Notes: generated from the letters alone by a model not told the origin. Shown: positions 49,938-59,334, counted from the first letter of the stretch. The stretch: 64,000 bases of DNA from Verrucomicrobiia bacterium (GCA_035776755.1 DASTWS010000015.1:5474-69473), one strand, 5' to 3'. Program-made: numbers and translations.

Positions 49938-52637
49938 ATGCGATTCTATCCCGGAATAATTTTCAGCGCGTTGCTTTTATCGTCTTTTCATCTTCCCGCG
50001 CAAGATGTGAACAAACAAATCCTGCGCGGCCATGTGCCGGCGATTGTTTCGCATTTGAAGCCGACCGGAAAGGTTGCGGCCACGCGACAATTAAATCTTT
50101 CCATCGGATTGCCGTTGCGAAGCCAAAGCGCTCTGGAAACTTTTATCGCCGAAGTTTCAGATCCGTCGAGCCCGGATTATCGCCACTACCTGACGCCGGA
50201 ACAATTTGCGGCTCAATTTGGTCCGACCGAAGACGATTACCGGGAATTGAAAAATTTCTTTCGCGCGAACGGATTCACGGTGACGGGAGAATCGCCCAAC
50301 CGGTTATTGCTGGACGTGCGCGGCTCGGCGGCGGATGTCGAACGCACGTTTCATGTCGCGCTGCGGACATACCGGCATCCGACGGAAAACCGCACTTTCT
50401 TTGCGCCGGACACAGAGCCTTCGATTGATTCGTCGGTCCGCATTTTGGATGTCAACGGATTGACAGATTTGCCGCGTCCACATTCAAAAGTGATTGTCGG
50501 CGCGGTGAATGAAACGGTTTCCGGCGCGCCAAAAGGCGGGGCCGGTTCCGGACCGACAGGAAATTACGTGGGCGGTGATCTGCGCAATGCCTATGCGCCC
50601 GGAGTTTCGTTGACCGGCGCGGGTCAAACGGTTGCACTCGTTCAATTTGACGGCTACTACTCGAAAGACATCACCAATTATGAAAATTTCATCGGCATTG
50701 CGCCGGCCAATTACGTGCCGTTGACGAATGTTTTGATTGACGGCTTTAACGGCTTGCCGACCGGCGCGAATAACGCCAACCTTGAAGTTTCGTTGGACAT
50801 TGAGATGGTCATTTCCATGGCGCCGGGCGTTTCAAAAATCATTCTTTACGAAGGCAATCCCAGTTCATTTTTTCCGAACGACGTTCTCAATAAAATCGCA
50901 ACGGACAATCTCGCAAGCCAGGTCAGTTCTTCCTGGGGTTGGAGCGGCGGACCGGATGCGACCACGGAACAAATCTTTAAGCAAATGATCGCGCAGGGGC
51001 AGACGTATTTCAATGCATCCGGCGATTCCGATGCATTCATCACCAACCAGGTGGATAATCCGCCTTTGCCCAATCAACCATCCGCCAGCACCAATATCAC
51101 CCAGGTTGGCGGAACGACATTGCTGTCCACTAATTCGGTTTCGGAGACCGTTTGGAATTGGGGTGGTGGAAGCGGCAGCAGTGGAGGCATCAGTTTCAGC
51201 AATGTCTTGCCGACGTGGCAAAGTGGAATTGCCACTGCGGCCAATCACGGTTCGCCCGCGCATCGAAACATTCCCGACGTGGCGATGGTTGGCGATAATA
51301 TTTTTGTCAAATATGGAAATGGTCTGAACGCGACCAACGTCGGCGGCACGAGTGTAGCCGCGCCGCTTTGGGCGGGATTTACGGCGCTGATAAATCAAAA
51401 AGCGGCGCAAGCCGGTCGCCCGCCGGTCGGATTCATCAATCCGGCCATTTACGCTATCGGCAAAGGACCAAATTACACTTCGGATTTCAATGATGTGACC
51501 AGTGGGAACAATTATTGGTCTTCCAGCCCGACGAATTATCCCGCCGTGGCCGGCTACGACCTTTGCACGGGTTGGGGCACGCCGAAGGGGAACAGTTTGA
51601 TCACCGCGCTGGCGATACCCGACGCGTTATTCATAACGCCGGGTTCTGGATTTACCGCCGTTGGCGCTGCGGGCGGGCCGTTTCTGCCGACGTCCCAGAC
51701 ATTTTTGCTGACCAATACCGGCGCTGCGTCTTTGAACTGGGTGTTTCTGGATCCGTCGAATTTGTTGGGCGCGGCCCCATCCGGCGGCACATTGGCGGCC
51801 GGCGGCGCGACAACGGTCGCCGTTCAATTGGGTAACGGAGGATTGAATCTATTACCCGGAATTTATTCATCATCTTTTACGTTCAGCAATTTGACCAGCG
51901 GCGTGGGGCAGGAACAACAATTCAGTCTGCAAATTGGCCAGTCCTATATCCAGGACAGTGGGTTTGAGGGTGGAGATTTTACCAACTTCGGCGATTGGAC
52001 TTTCGTGGGCACTGGATTTAGTGGCGGCACATTGTATAACGGCGTGGTTACAGCGGGCACATTTACTGACAATTATGGGACGAATTTTATTCACTCTGGA
52101 CTTTCCGGGGTCGTTCTGGGTGAAGCCGGCCAACTCGCCTACCTTTATGAAACAATTCCCACCATTCCAGGCCAAACTTATTTGGTTTCCTTTTGGCTCA
52201 ACGAACGCGACGGCGCGACGCCTAATCAATTTGTTGTGAACTGGAACACAAATTGGCCAGCCACCAATACGATTTACAATGTCAGCAACTTCGGCTATTT
52301 CGATTGGACGAACTATTTATTTATCGTCTCCGCGACACGCACCAATACGGTCCTGCAATTCGGCGCGCAAAATGACTCCGGCTATTTCGGACTGGATGAC
52401 GTTTATGTTTATCCGATTCCTTCACCGTCGCTCCGTAGCATTGCCGTGACGAATAATTCGACGACGTTTACCTGGAATTCATTTACCAACCTGGCCTATC
52501 GAATCCAGTATTCAACCAACCTGGCGACCGGAAATTGGATCACGCTGGGGACGAACAAAGCTTCTGGAAGCATTTCATCAACAAATACAGCCACCGTTGA
52601 CCCGCAGCGCTTTTATCGCATCCAACGATTGCCTTAA
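49938..52637 (+). CDS. Exported S53 (sedolisin/kumamolisin) protease with pro-domain and C-terminal accessory domains, paralog 1
   Basis: Pro-domain DPSSPDYRHYLTPEQF; EVSLD, SGD, GGTS and GYDLCTGWG motifs; ends QRFYRIQRLP. Confidence 0.9.
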   Translation: MRFYPGIIFSALLLSSFHLPAQDVNKQILRGHVPAIVSHLKPTGKVAATRQLNLSIGLPLRSQSALETFIAEVSDPSSPDYRHYLTPEQFAAQFGPTEDDYRELKNFFRANGFTVTGESPNRLLLDVRGSAADVERTFHVALRTYRHPTENRTFFAPDTEPSIDSSVRILDVNGLTDLPRPHSKVIVGAVNETVSGAPKGGAGSGPTGNYVGGDLRNAYAPGVSLTGAGQTVALVQFDGYYSKDITNYENFIGIAPANYVPLTNVLIDGFNGLPTGANNANLEVSLDIEMVISMAPGVSKIILYEGNPSSFFPNDVLNKIATDNLASQVSSSWGWSGGPDATTEQIFKQMIAQGQTYFNASGDSDAFITNQVDNPPLPNQPSASTNITQVGGTTLLSTNSVSETVWNWGGGSGSSGGISFSNVLPTWQSGIATAANHGSPAHRNIPDVAMVGDNIFVKYGNGLNATNVGGTSVAAPLWAGFTALINQKAAQAGRPPVGFINPAIYAIGKGPNYTSDFNDVTSGNNYWSSSPTNYPAVAGYDLCTGWGTPKGNSLITALAIPDALFITPGSGFTAVGAAGGPFLPTSQTFLLTNTGAASLNWVFLDPSNLLGAAPSGGTLAAGGATTVAVQLGNGGLNLLPGIYSSSFTFSNLTSGVGQEQQFSLQIGQSYIQDSGFEGGDFTNFGDWTFVGTGFSGGTLYNGVVTAGTFTDNYGTNFIHSGLSGVVLGEAGQLAYLYETIPTIPGQTYLVSFWLNERDGATPNQFVVNWNTNWPATNTIYNVSNFGYFDWTNYLFIVSATRTNTVLQFGAQNDSGYFGLDDVYVYPIPSPSLRSIAVTNNSTTFTWNSFTNLAYRIQYSTNLATGNWITLGTNKASGSISSTNTATVDPQRFYRIQRLP

Positions 52638-52657
52638 ATTGGATTCATTGATGAAGT

Positions 52658-53767
52658 GTGGCCGAATGGTGGAAGGATGGGAACTCCGCCACAAGCAATT
52701 ACCTGGTGACTGTTGCCGGAGATTTGGACAAGGTGTATCGTTACGACCTGAATGGCAATTGCACGAATGTGAGCATGGCCCGAACAAACATCTGGTATGA
52801 GTTTGATGCGGAGAACCGCGTGGTGGCGCTGAACACTTACATCACCAACACGGCCACGCTGAAACGCACGGAACTCACCTATGATGGCTTTGATCGTTGG
52901 GTGCAGATTGCGGAAAAGACGAACGGCGTGACCGGCAGCACCAAGCGATTTGTGTGGTGTGGAGGCTCAACGCCGTGTGAAGAACGGGATGGAAGCAATG
53001 CGGTTCAGAAGCGGTTCTTTGCAGAAGGCGAACAAATTGGCAGCGCGAACTTTTTTTACCTGCGTGATTATCTGGGCAGCATTCAGCAAGTGATTGATGG
53101 AACGGGCGCCGTTCGCGCGCAATACGATTACGATCCTTACGGCAACCAGACAAAAGTGCAAGGCGACATGGACGCGGATTTCGGCTTTGCAGGTTATTAC
53201 CGTCATGCGGCGAGTGGATTGTATCTGACAATGTTCCGGGCATATGACCCGGATTCAGGCAGATGGATTAACCGTGACCCGATTGAGGAAGAAGGCGGGT
53301 TGAATTTGTATGAGTATGTGGGGAATGATGTGGTAAATGATGTTGATCCTGATGGAGAATTTGCGCTAACAGAAATCCTAGTAGGGATTGGCCTTGTCGC
53401 GCTCGCGGCGACTGCATATCTTAAATATCAGCATTCCAAGCATGACACTGATAAAGCTAAAGCTCAACGGCAAAAACAAAAGGAATTTTGTCCAAATGAT
53501 TGGATACACGCTACAGATAATTTACATGGTGATCCTTACGCCGGAGGACCAAATGATTGGGGGACGGAAGGAAAATCCTATGGAGATAATGCCGATTTAG
53601 GTGGAATGATTCCAGGAACATCGCCTAACCCGCCCTTCGATCCAGACACATCCAGCCTTACGCCACCTGATAAAGATGTGATTAATAAAGGGAACGCTTT
53701 AGGAAATGCTGGAAAACAATTAATTGGCGCGGGATCGCAAGATGGTTCAAGTGGAAAAAACAATTGA
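52658..53767 (+). CDS. N-terminally truncated (orphan) Rhs repeat-associated core protein with a variable C-terminal tip
   Basis: YDLNGN, FDAENR, YDGFDR, RDYLGS, YDYDPYG, RAYDP..GRW.NRDP and NLYEYV...DPDG; the start is doubtful. Confidence 0.85.
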   Translation: MAEWWKDGNSATSNYLVTVAGDLDKVYRYDLNGNCTNVSMARTNIWYEFDAENRVVALNTYITNTATLKRTELTYDGFDRWVQIAEKTNGVTGSTKRFVWCGGSTPCEERDGSNAVQKRFFAEGEQIGSANFFYLRDYLGSIQQVIDGTGAVRAQYDYDPYGNQTKVQGDMDADFGFAGYYRHAASGLYLTMFRAYDPDSGRWINRDPIEEEGGLNLYEYVGNDVVNDVDPDGEFALTEILVGIGLVALAATAYLKYQHSKHDTDKAKAQRQKQKEFCPNDWIHATDNLHGDPYAGGPNDWGTEGKSYGDNADLGGMIPGTSPNPPFDPDTSSLTPPDKDVINKGNALGNAGKQLIGAGSQDGSSGKNN

Positions 53768-53780
53768 ATTAAAATAACTT

Positions 53781-54134
53781 ATGAAAGTAGCATATTTTTA
53801 TTCAACATTATCCCTCACGGTGGCGGCGTTTTTTTTATTTATACAACATAAATCATTAACCGGGAATATTGAGTATTTGAAGGAATCCGATAGTTCAATA
53901 ATAGATTATAAAGAAAAATTTTTAAAATATCACACTAATGAGGAAACAGAAAGAGTGCTAGTTAACGAATTCGTGAAAACTTCGTTGGATGCTGATACGT
54001 CTGAAATAAAAGCGATTAATGAATTTCGACAGGCTTCGGAATTGCTAATAATTGCAATTTTCCTAATTAATATATTTTGTATTTTGCATCAATGGAAACA
54101 TAAGTGGGTCCCTAAACGCCAAGAGGGTCGGTAA
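53781..54134 (+). CDS. AT-rich small membrane protein, candidate immunity protein
   Basis: Starts 13 bp after the Rhs stop; two hydrophobic segments; very AT-rich. Confidence 0.55.
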   Translation: MKVAYFYSTLSLTVAAFFLFIQHKSLTGNIEYLKESDSSIIDYKEKFLKYHTNEETERVLVNEFVKTSLDADTSEIKAINEFRQASELLIIAIFLINIFCILHQWKHKWVPKRQEGR

Positions 54135-54238
54135 AGGGGTGGACCTGCTCGATCTGGTGGACATGGGGAGAGTCATCAATGGACCAATCCAATCAAAATA
54201 GTTCTAGTAAATGACACCAAAAAACATTTGAAGTATAA

Positions 54239-54517
54239 ATGAAAAGCTCTTATTCTACAGCCAAGCGCAACCTGTATATCATTGCGTCGATTTCATTATT
54301 TCTCGCAATTGCTATACTCATTTTTTCAGTAAAGCAATTTGTTCTTGGCCTTCCTACGATACCTTCGAGACAAGTATTATCGATTGCTTTTTTTGTGATT
54401 TTACCACTAATCGCCTGTTGTTTTACTGCAATTGCAATCTGTATTTGGCTTGAACTTAAACGGCTGAAAAAAGCCGAAACCGATTCGAAAAAAAAAGGGG
54501 TCGATCCTGCGTATTGA
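54239..54517 (+). CDS. AT-rich small two-TM protein, candidate orphan immunity protein
   Basis: 92 aa with two TM helices; lies in the low-GC segment. Confidence 0.5.
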   Translation: MKSSYSTAKRNLYIIASISLFLAIAILIFSVKQFVLGLPTIPSRQVLSIAFFVILPLIACCFTAIAICIWLELKRLKKAETDSKKKGVDPAY

Positions 54518-54656
54518 CAGAGAATTGAATCGGCTGTGACCACCGCATTTTCCTGGAACGGTTGTAATATTGACGACGTTGTTCGCGTCCAAAATCTGCA
54601 TCCACAATTTCCCTGATGCCATTTGACGATTGAATCCCGCTCTGCGAAAATCCGCT

Positions 54657-57353
54657 ATGTTCCGTGCTGGTAACCGCCCATTTTACCGTCTTCTCATCGC
54701 CGTCAGTGTCGGCTTAACGTCACATTTTTCCGCATCGGCGCAAAGCAGCCGGCAATTCCTTTCTCACAACGTTCCATCCGCCGTCCAAAACCTGACGCCC
54801 AAAGGCAAGCTGTCTCCGGAAAAGCGATTGAATCTTTCTATCGGCCTGCCATTGCGAAGCGAAGAAGCGCTCGACCATTTCCTTTTGCAAATTTCAGATC
54901 CGCAAAGCCCCGATTACCGTCGCTATCTGACGCCGCAACAATTCGCGGAAAAGTTTGGCCCGGCGGAATCGGATTATGAAGCGGTCGCCAGGTTTTTTCA
55001 GACGAACGGATTTTCCATCACGGCGAAATATCCGAATCGCGTCGTGCTCGATGTGAGCGGCACGGTTGCGGACGCCGAGCGGGTATTTCACACGACGTTG
55101 CGGATGTATCCGCATCCGCGTGAAGCGCGCGATTTTTTTGCGCCTGACACTGAGCCGTCCGTGGATTTGCCGGTAAAAATTGAGTACGTCAGCGGATTGG
55201 ATAATTATTCGTTGCCGCATCCGAAAATCATTTTGCGCGAGCCGTTGACCGATTCGACAAAAATTATTCCGCACGCCGGTTCATGGTCTAATGGTCTTTA
55301 TGCGGGAAACGATTTTCGCGCGGCGTATTTGCCGGGAATTCCGACCAATCAATTGTCCGGCGCGGGGCAGGTGATTGGATTGTTGGAGTTTGACGGTTAC
55401 TATTCCAACGACATCGTCAAATATGAAACAGAAGCCGGTTTGCCGGCGGTGACGTTGACGAATGTTCCTGTGAATGGCGGCGTCAGCACGCCCGGCACCG
55501 GTAATGGCGAAGTAGCCCTCGATATTGAAGTGGCGATCGCCATGGCGCCCGGTTTGTCCAAAATTGTCGTTTACGAAGCGCCCAATCCGACGGCATGGTC
55601 AACCGTTTTAAGCGTGATCGCGAATGATACGGTCAATTTTCCAAAACAAATCAGTTGTTCCTGGGGCGATAATGCACCCGCTTCGCCCAACACAACTGCG
55701 GAAAATCTTTTCAAACAAATGGCGGCGCAGGGGCAATCGTTTTTTAATGCATCAGGAGATGCAGATGCATTTACCAGCGGAATTCCGTTTCCATCGGAAA
55801 GCACGAACATCACGCAAGTCGGCGGAACCAGTTTGTCCACCGCCGGACCGAACGGCATTTGGAGCGGGGAAACGACATGGAATTGGGGCGGCGGAGTCGG
55901 CAGCAGCGGTGGCGTGAGCGGCAATTTCGCGCTGCCATCATGGCAACAAGGCGTCAACATGACGACGAATCTTGGTTCGACGACAAAGCGTGATGTTCCC
56001 GACGTGGCAATGACGGCGGACCGAATTTTAAGTGTTTCCGATAATGGCACAAATTATACCACGGCGGGCACGAGTGCAGCCGCGCCTTTATGGGCGGCAT
56101 TCACCGCGCTGGTCAATCAACAAGCTGTCGCCGGTGGAAAACCGGTGGTCGGCTTTATCAATCCTGCCATTTATTCCATCGGCAAAAGCCCAAATTATTC
56201 TTCCTGCTTCAACGACATCGTCACCGGAAATAATTTCTGGAGCAGCAGCACGAACAAATTTCCCGCGGTGCCCGGTTACGATTTGGCGACCGGCTGGGGT
56301 TCGCCGGCGGGAGACAACCTGATTGATGCGCTGTCGGGCGTTTCAGATTCCCTGGCCGTTGCGCCGGGAAAAGGATTTGTCACGTTTGGCGCTGAAGGCG
56401 GACCTTTTACCGCGATTTCTGAAACATTCTTTCTGACGAATTGCGGCGCTGTGTCACTGAACTGGTCGCTCATCAACACGTCACTCTGGCTGACAGCCTC
56501 GGCAACGAGCGGCACATTGACTCCGGGTGACGGCGGAGCAAATGTTACGTTAAGTTTAAATCCGGCGGCTTTCGCTTTATCGCCGGGCATCTACACAGCG
56601 CATGTTGTATTCACCAACCAAACCACTCATGCATTGCGTGACCGGCCATTTGCCTTATTTGTCGGCCAGCAATTGATCCAAAATCCCGGTTTCGAAACCG
56701 GAACGCTTTCATTCTGGGCGCAAACCGGCATCGGCAGCGCAACCTATAACGGCTATAATTATGATTTTGCCGACGATGGTTCTGGAACCAAGATCGCGCC
56801 GCATTCGGGAAAATCGTTCGCCGCGTTTGGCGCGTCCGGCCTGATGGGATTCATTTCTCAAACGGTTTCAACCGTCAGCAACCAGACCTATTTGCTCTCG
56901 TTTTGGCTGAACAGCACGAATAACCCGTTCACCGGCCATAAGACGACGCCAAACCAGTTTTTGGCCGCGTGGAACGGAACCATTTTGTTCAACCGAACCA
57001 ACATTCCTGTGATTGGTGGATGGACGAATCTACAATTTTTCGTCACCGCGACCAATTCCGCTTCAACACTGCAATTTGGCGGACGTGACGATAATTTTTA
57101 TCTCGGGTTGGATGACGTAAGCCTCGTGCCGATTCCGTTGCCGACCATCAATACGGCGATAAAAAATAGCGGAGGCGTTACATTTTCATGGTATTCGCTT
57201 TCGAACATCCAATACGTCGTCCAAACCTCCACCAATCTGGCGCAAACCAATTGGATGGATTTGAGCACAAATATCGCGACCGGCTCCACGCTGACTGCAA
57301 CGAATCCCATCGCCGATCCTTCACGATTTTATCGCGTCCGCCAGTTGCCGTGA
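54657..57353 (+). CDS. Exported S53 protease with pro-domain and C-terminal accessory domains, paralog 2
   Basis: EVALD, SGD, AGTS and GYDLATGWG motifs; colinear with paralog 1; ends SRFYRVRQLP. Confidence 0.9.
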   Translation: MFRAGNRPFYRLLIAVSVGLTSHFSASAQSSRQFLSHNVPSAVQNLTPKGKLSPEKRLNLSIGLPLRSEEALDHFLLQISDPQSPDYRRYLTPQQFAEKFGPAESDYEAVARFFQTNGFSITAKYPNRVVLDVSGTVADAERVFHTTLRMYPHPREARDFFAPDTEPSVDLPVKIEYVSGLDNYSLPHPKIILREPLTDSTKIIPHAGSWSNGLYAGNDFRAAYLPGIPTNQLSGAGQVIGLLEFDGYYSNDIVKYETEAGLPAVTLTNVPVNGGVSTPGTGNGEVALDIEVAIAMAPGLSKIVVYEAPNPTAWSTVLSVIANDTVNFPKQISCSWGDNAPASPNTTAENLFKQMAAQGQSFFNASGDADAFTSGIPFPSESTNITQVGGTSLSTAGPNGIWSGETTWNWGGGVGSSGGVSGNFALPSWQQGVNMTTNLGSTTKRDVPDVAMTADRILSVSDNGTNYTTAGTSAAAPLWAAFTALVNQQAVAGGKPVVGFINPAIYSIGKSPNYSSCFNDIVTGNNFWSSSTNKFPAVPGYDLATGWGSPAGDNLIDALSGVSDSLAVAPGKGFVTFGAEGGPFTAISETFFLTNCGAVSLNWSLINTSLWLTASATSGTLTPGDGGANVTLSLNPAAFALSPGIYTAHVVFTNQTTHALRDRPFALFVGQQLIQNPGFETGTLSFWAQTGIGSATYNGYNYDFADDGSGTKIAPHSGKSFAAFGASGLMGFISQTVSTVSNQTYLLSFWLNSTNNPFTGHKTTPNQFLAAWNGTILFNRTNIPVIGGWTNLQFFVTATNSASTLQFGGRDDNFYLGLDDVSLVPIPLPTINTAIKNSGGVTFSWYSLSNIQYVVQTSTNLAQTNWMDLSTNIATGSTLTATNPIADPSRFYRVRQLP

Positions 57354-57365
57354 TAAAATCCTCGC

Positions 57366-58796
57366 GTGACCGGTTTTTTACAGCGCACTGAGAAATCCAT
57401 TTCCAGCCGCCGATTGATTGCCCGCGGCGAAAAAATTCTCGTCGCCGTTTCCGGCGGGTTGGATTCGATGGTTTTGCTTTACGCGCTGAAAACCCTTTCC
57501 GCCGCGCATCAATGGAAGATGGTCATCGCGCATTTCAATCATCGCCTGCGCGGACGCGCCAGCAATGCCGATGAGAAATTGGTTCGCAAAGTTGCGGCGA
57601 AATTGAAATTGCCGGCGGTTGTCGAAAGTGCGGACGTAAAATCATTTGCAAAGAAATCCAAATTGTCCGTCGAAATGGCCGCGCGCAAATTGCGCCATGA
57701 ATTTTTGGCGCGAACGGCGAAAAACCAGAAGATCAAAACGATCGCGCTGGCGCATCACGCCGACGACCAGGTGGAACTTTTCTTTTTGCGGCTCTTTCGC
57801 GGCGCAGGCGGCGAAGGTTTGAGCGGAATGAAATGGAAATCGCCGTCGGCTGCGGATAAAACGATTTCGCTGGTCCGGCCATTGCTGGTTTTTTCTAAAA
57901 TTGAACTTTTGGAATTTGCCAAACAAAACAAAATTCGATTTCGGGACGACGCCACAAATCTATCTTCCGATTTTTTACGGAACCGGATCCGGAATGAATT
58001 GCTGCCGTTGTTGCGCAAGAATTATCAGCCGGCCTTGAACAAAACCATTTTTCGCGTCATGGAAATTCTTGGCGCGGAATCGGAATTTATTGGCCGCAGC
58101 AGCGAACGTGAGCTCGCTCAAATCCGAGATCAGAGGCGGCTTGCTTCGGCGGCTGTAAAAAGGAATTTTGAAAATCTTTCGCTGGCGATCCAGCGGCGCG
58201 TTTTGCAAACGCAATTGCTCGAAAGCGGAATCGTCGCGGATTTCGATTTGATTGAATCGCTGCGACGATCGCCGGATCAATTCATCAGCGTCGGCGCGAA
58301 TATTTCCGTCGCGCGAAATCCTTTTGGCGAAATTCAATTGCGGGAAGATTTGAAGCCTGGATTCAATTCAAATGAGCGGTTGATAAATCTGGCAGGCAGT
58401 GCAGGAGTGGAAAATTTCAGCGGGGCAAAATTTGATTGGAAAATTTTTCGAGATGGTGAACGCGGGTTCATGCAAAATAAAAATCAGAGCCGATTCATGC
58501 TGGCTGCCACTAAATTAAAACGGGAGTTTTTCGATGCCGACAAAATCGGCGGCAAAATCATTTTACGGCATTGGCAGCCCGGCGACCGTTTCCAGCCGAT
58601 TGGAATGAAATCGCCGAAGAAATTGCAGGATTTATTTGTGAACGCCAAAATTCCGCACGCGCGACGGCGGCATTTGGTTCTGGCGACGGCGGAAAGCGGT
58701 GAAATCTTTTGGGTGGAAGGCTTGCGGATTTCGGAAAATTTCAAGGTCGCGGCACAAACGGAGCGGCAATTGGTTTGGGAGAAAGCAAGCGCGTGA
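57366..58796 (+). CDS. tilS: tRNA(Ile)-lysidine synthetase
   Basis: AVSGGLDS, HFNH.LRG, EMAAR..R, AHHADDQ.E, RPLL and RNRIR; C-terminal R..QPGDR domain. Confidence 0.95.
   Translation: MTGFLQRTEKSISSRRLIARGEKILVAVSGGLDSMVLLYALKTLSAAHQWKMVIAHFNHRLRGRASNADEKLVRKVAAKLKLPAVVESADVKSFAKKSKLSVEMAARKLRHEFLARTAKNQKIKTIALAHHADDQVELFFLRLFRGAGGEGLSGMKWKSPSAADKTISLVRPLLVFSKIELLEFAKQNKIRFRDDATNLSSDFLRNRIRNELLPLLRKNYQPALNKTIFRVMEILGAESEFIGRSSERELAQIRDQRRLASAAVKRNFENLSLAIQRRVLQTQLLESGIVADFDLIESLRRSPDQFISVGANISVARNPFGEIQLREDLKPGFNSNERLINLAGSAGVENFSGAKFDWKIFRDGERGFMQNKNQSRFMLAATKLKREFFDADKIGGKIILRHWQPGDRFQPIGMKSPKKLQDLFVNAKIPHARRRHLVLATAESGEIFWVEGLRISENFKVAAQTERQLVWEKASA
58095..58157 (+). repeat. Degenerate palindromic element, copy 2, in frame within tilS
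   Basis: cgcagcagcgaacgtgagctcgctc...cagaggcggcttgcttcggcggctgta; 63 bp; encodes RSSERELAQIRDQRRLASAAV. Confidence 0.7.
58449..58511 (+). repeat. Degenerate palindromic element, copy 3, in frame within tilS
   Basis: Right arm cagagccgattcatgctggctgccact with a more decayed left arm (gaacgcgggttc); 63 bp. Confidence 0.55.
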
Positions 58797-58886
58797 AGGA
58801 TTTTGCATTTTTCGACCGAAAAACATCAGGAAATTGCCTTTACACCGGCCTGTTCATTCGCTAGATTTCCGCGCTCTATTGATTTT

Positions 58887-59144
58887 ATGGAAGCCAAGAC
58901 ACAGACGATTGAACAATTCAAAACGCACGACAAAGACACCGGGTCGGCGGACGTGCAGATTGCGTTGCTGACGCAGCGCATCAACCATTTGACCGAACAT
59001 TTGCAGACGAACAAAAAAGATCACAGCTCGCGCCGCGGGTTGTTGATGATGGTCGGCCAGCGCCGCCGTTTGCTCGAATATCTGCAAAACACGGATTTGA
59101 GCCGCTACCAATCAGTCACCAAAAAACTAAAACTGCGCCACTAA
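58887..59144 (+). CDS. rpsO: 30S ribosomal protein S15
   Basis: DTGS..VQIALLT.RI..L..H...[22 protein letters not shown]. Confidence 0.97.
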   Translation: MEAKTQTIEQFKTHDKDTGSADVQIALLTQRINHLTEHLQTNKKDHSSRRGLLMMVGQRRRLLEYLQNTDLSRYQSVTKKLKLRH

Positions 59145-59255
59145 AATTTAGCAGGCGCGGTTTTAATGTTTTTACGACTGCGCCCGCTTCGGGTTTGAGC
59201 CGGAAACGCGAACGGCTCGATTCTCAACAAACAAATTCGCGCAATTAAATTCCGT

Positions 59256-59321
59256 CGCCGCCGGGTGATTTCACTTAGTCCCGAAATTTTTTCGGGTTTT
59301 ACTGAAGTTCCTCGGGCGGCG
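59256..59321 (+). promoter_or_regulatory. Long imperfect stem-loop in the pnp leader
   Basis: Nested pairings cgccgcc/ggcggcg, ttca/tgaa and cccgaaa/tttcggg, ending 13 nt before the pnp ATG. Confidence 0.55.
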
Positions 59322-59334
59322 CGGGCAGAAAACT

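Noticed and set aside
52560..52700. S53-1 and Rhs as a single read-through or frameshifted protein
   Set aside because: S53-1 ends at the same F[FY]R terminus as its paralogue, and further stops follow. The Rhs fragment is better explained as a truncated insert.
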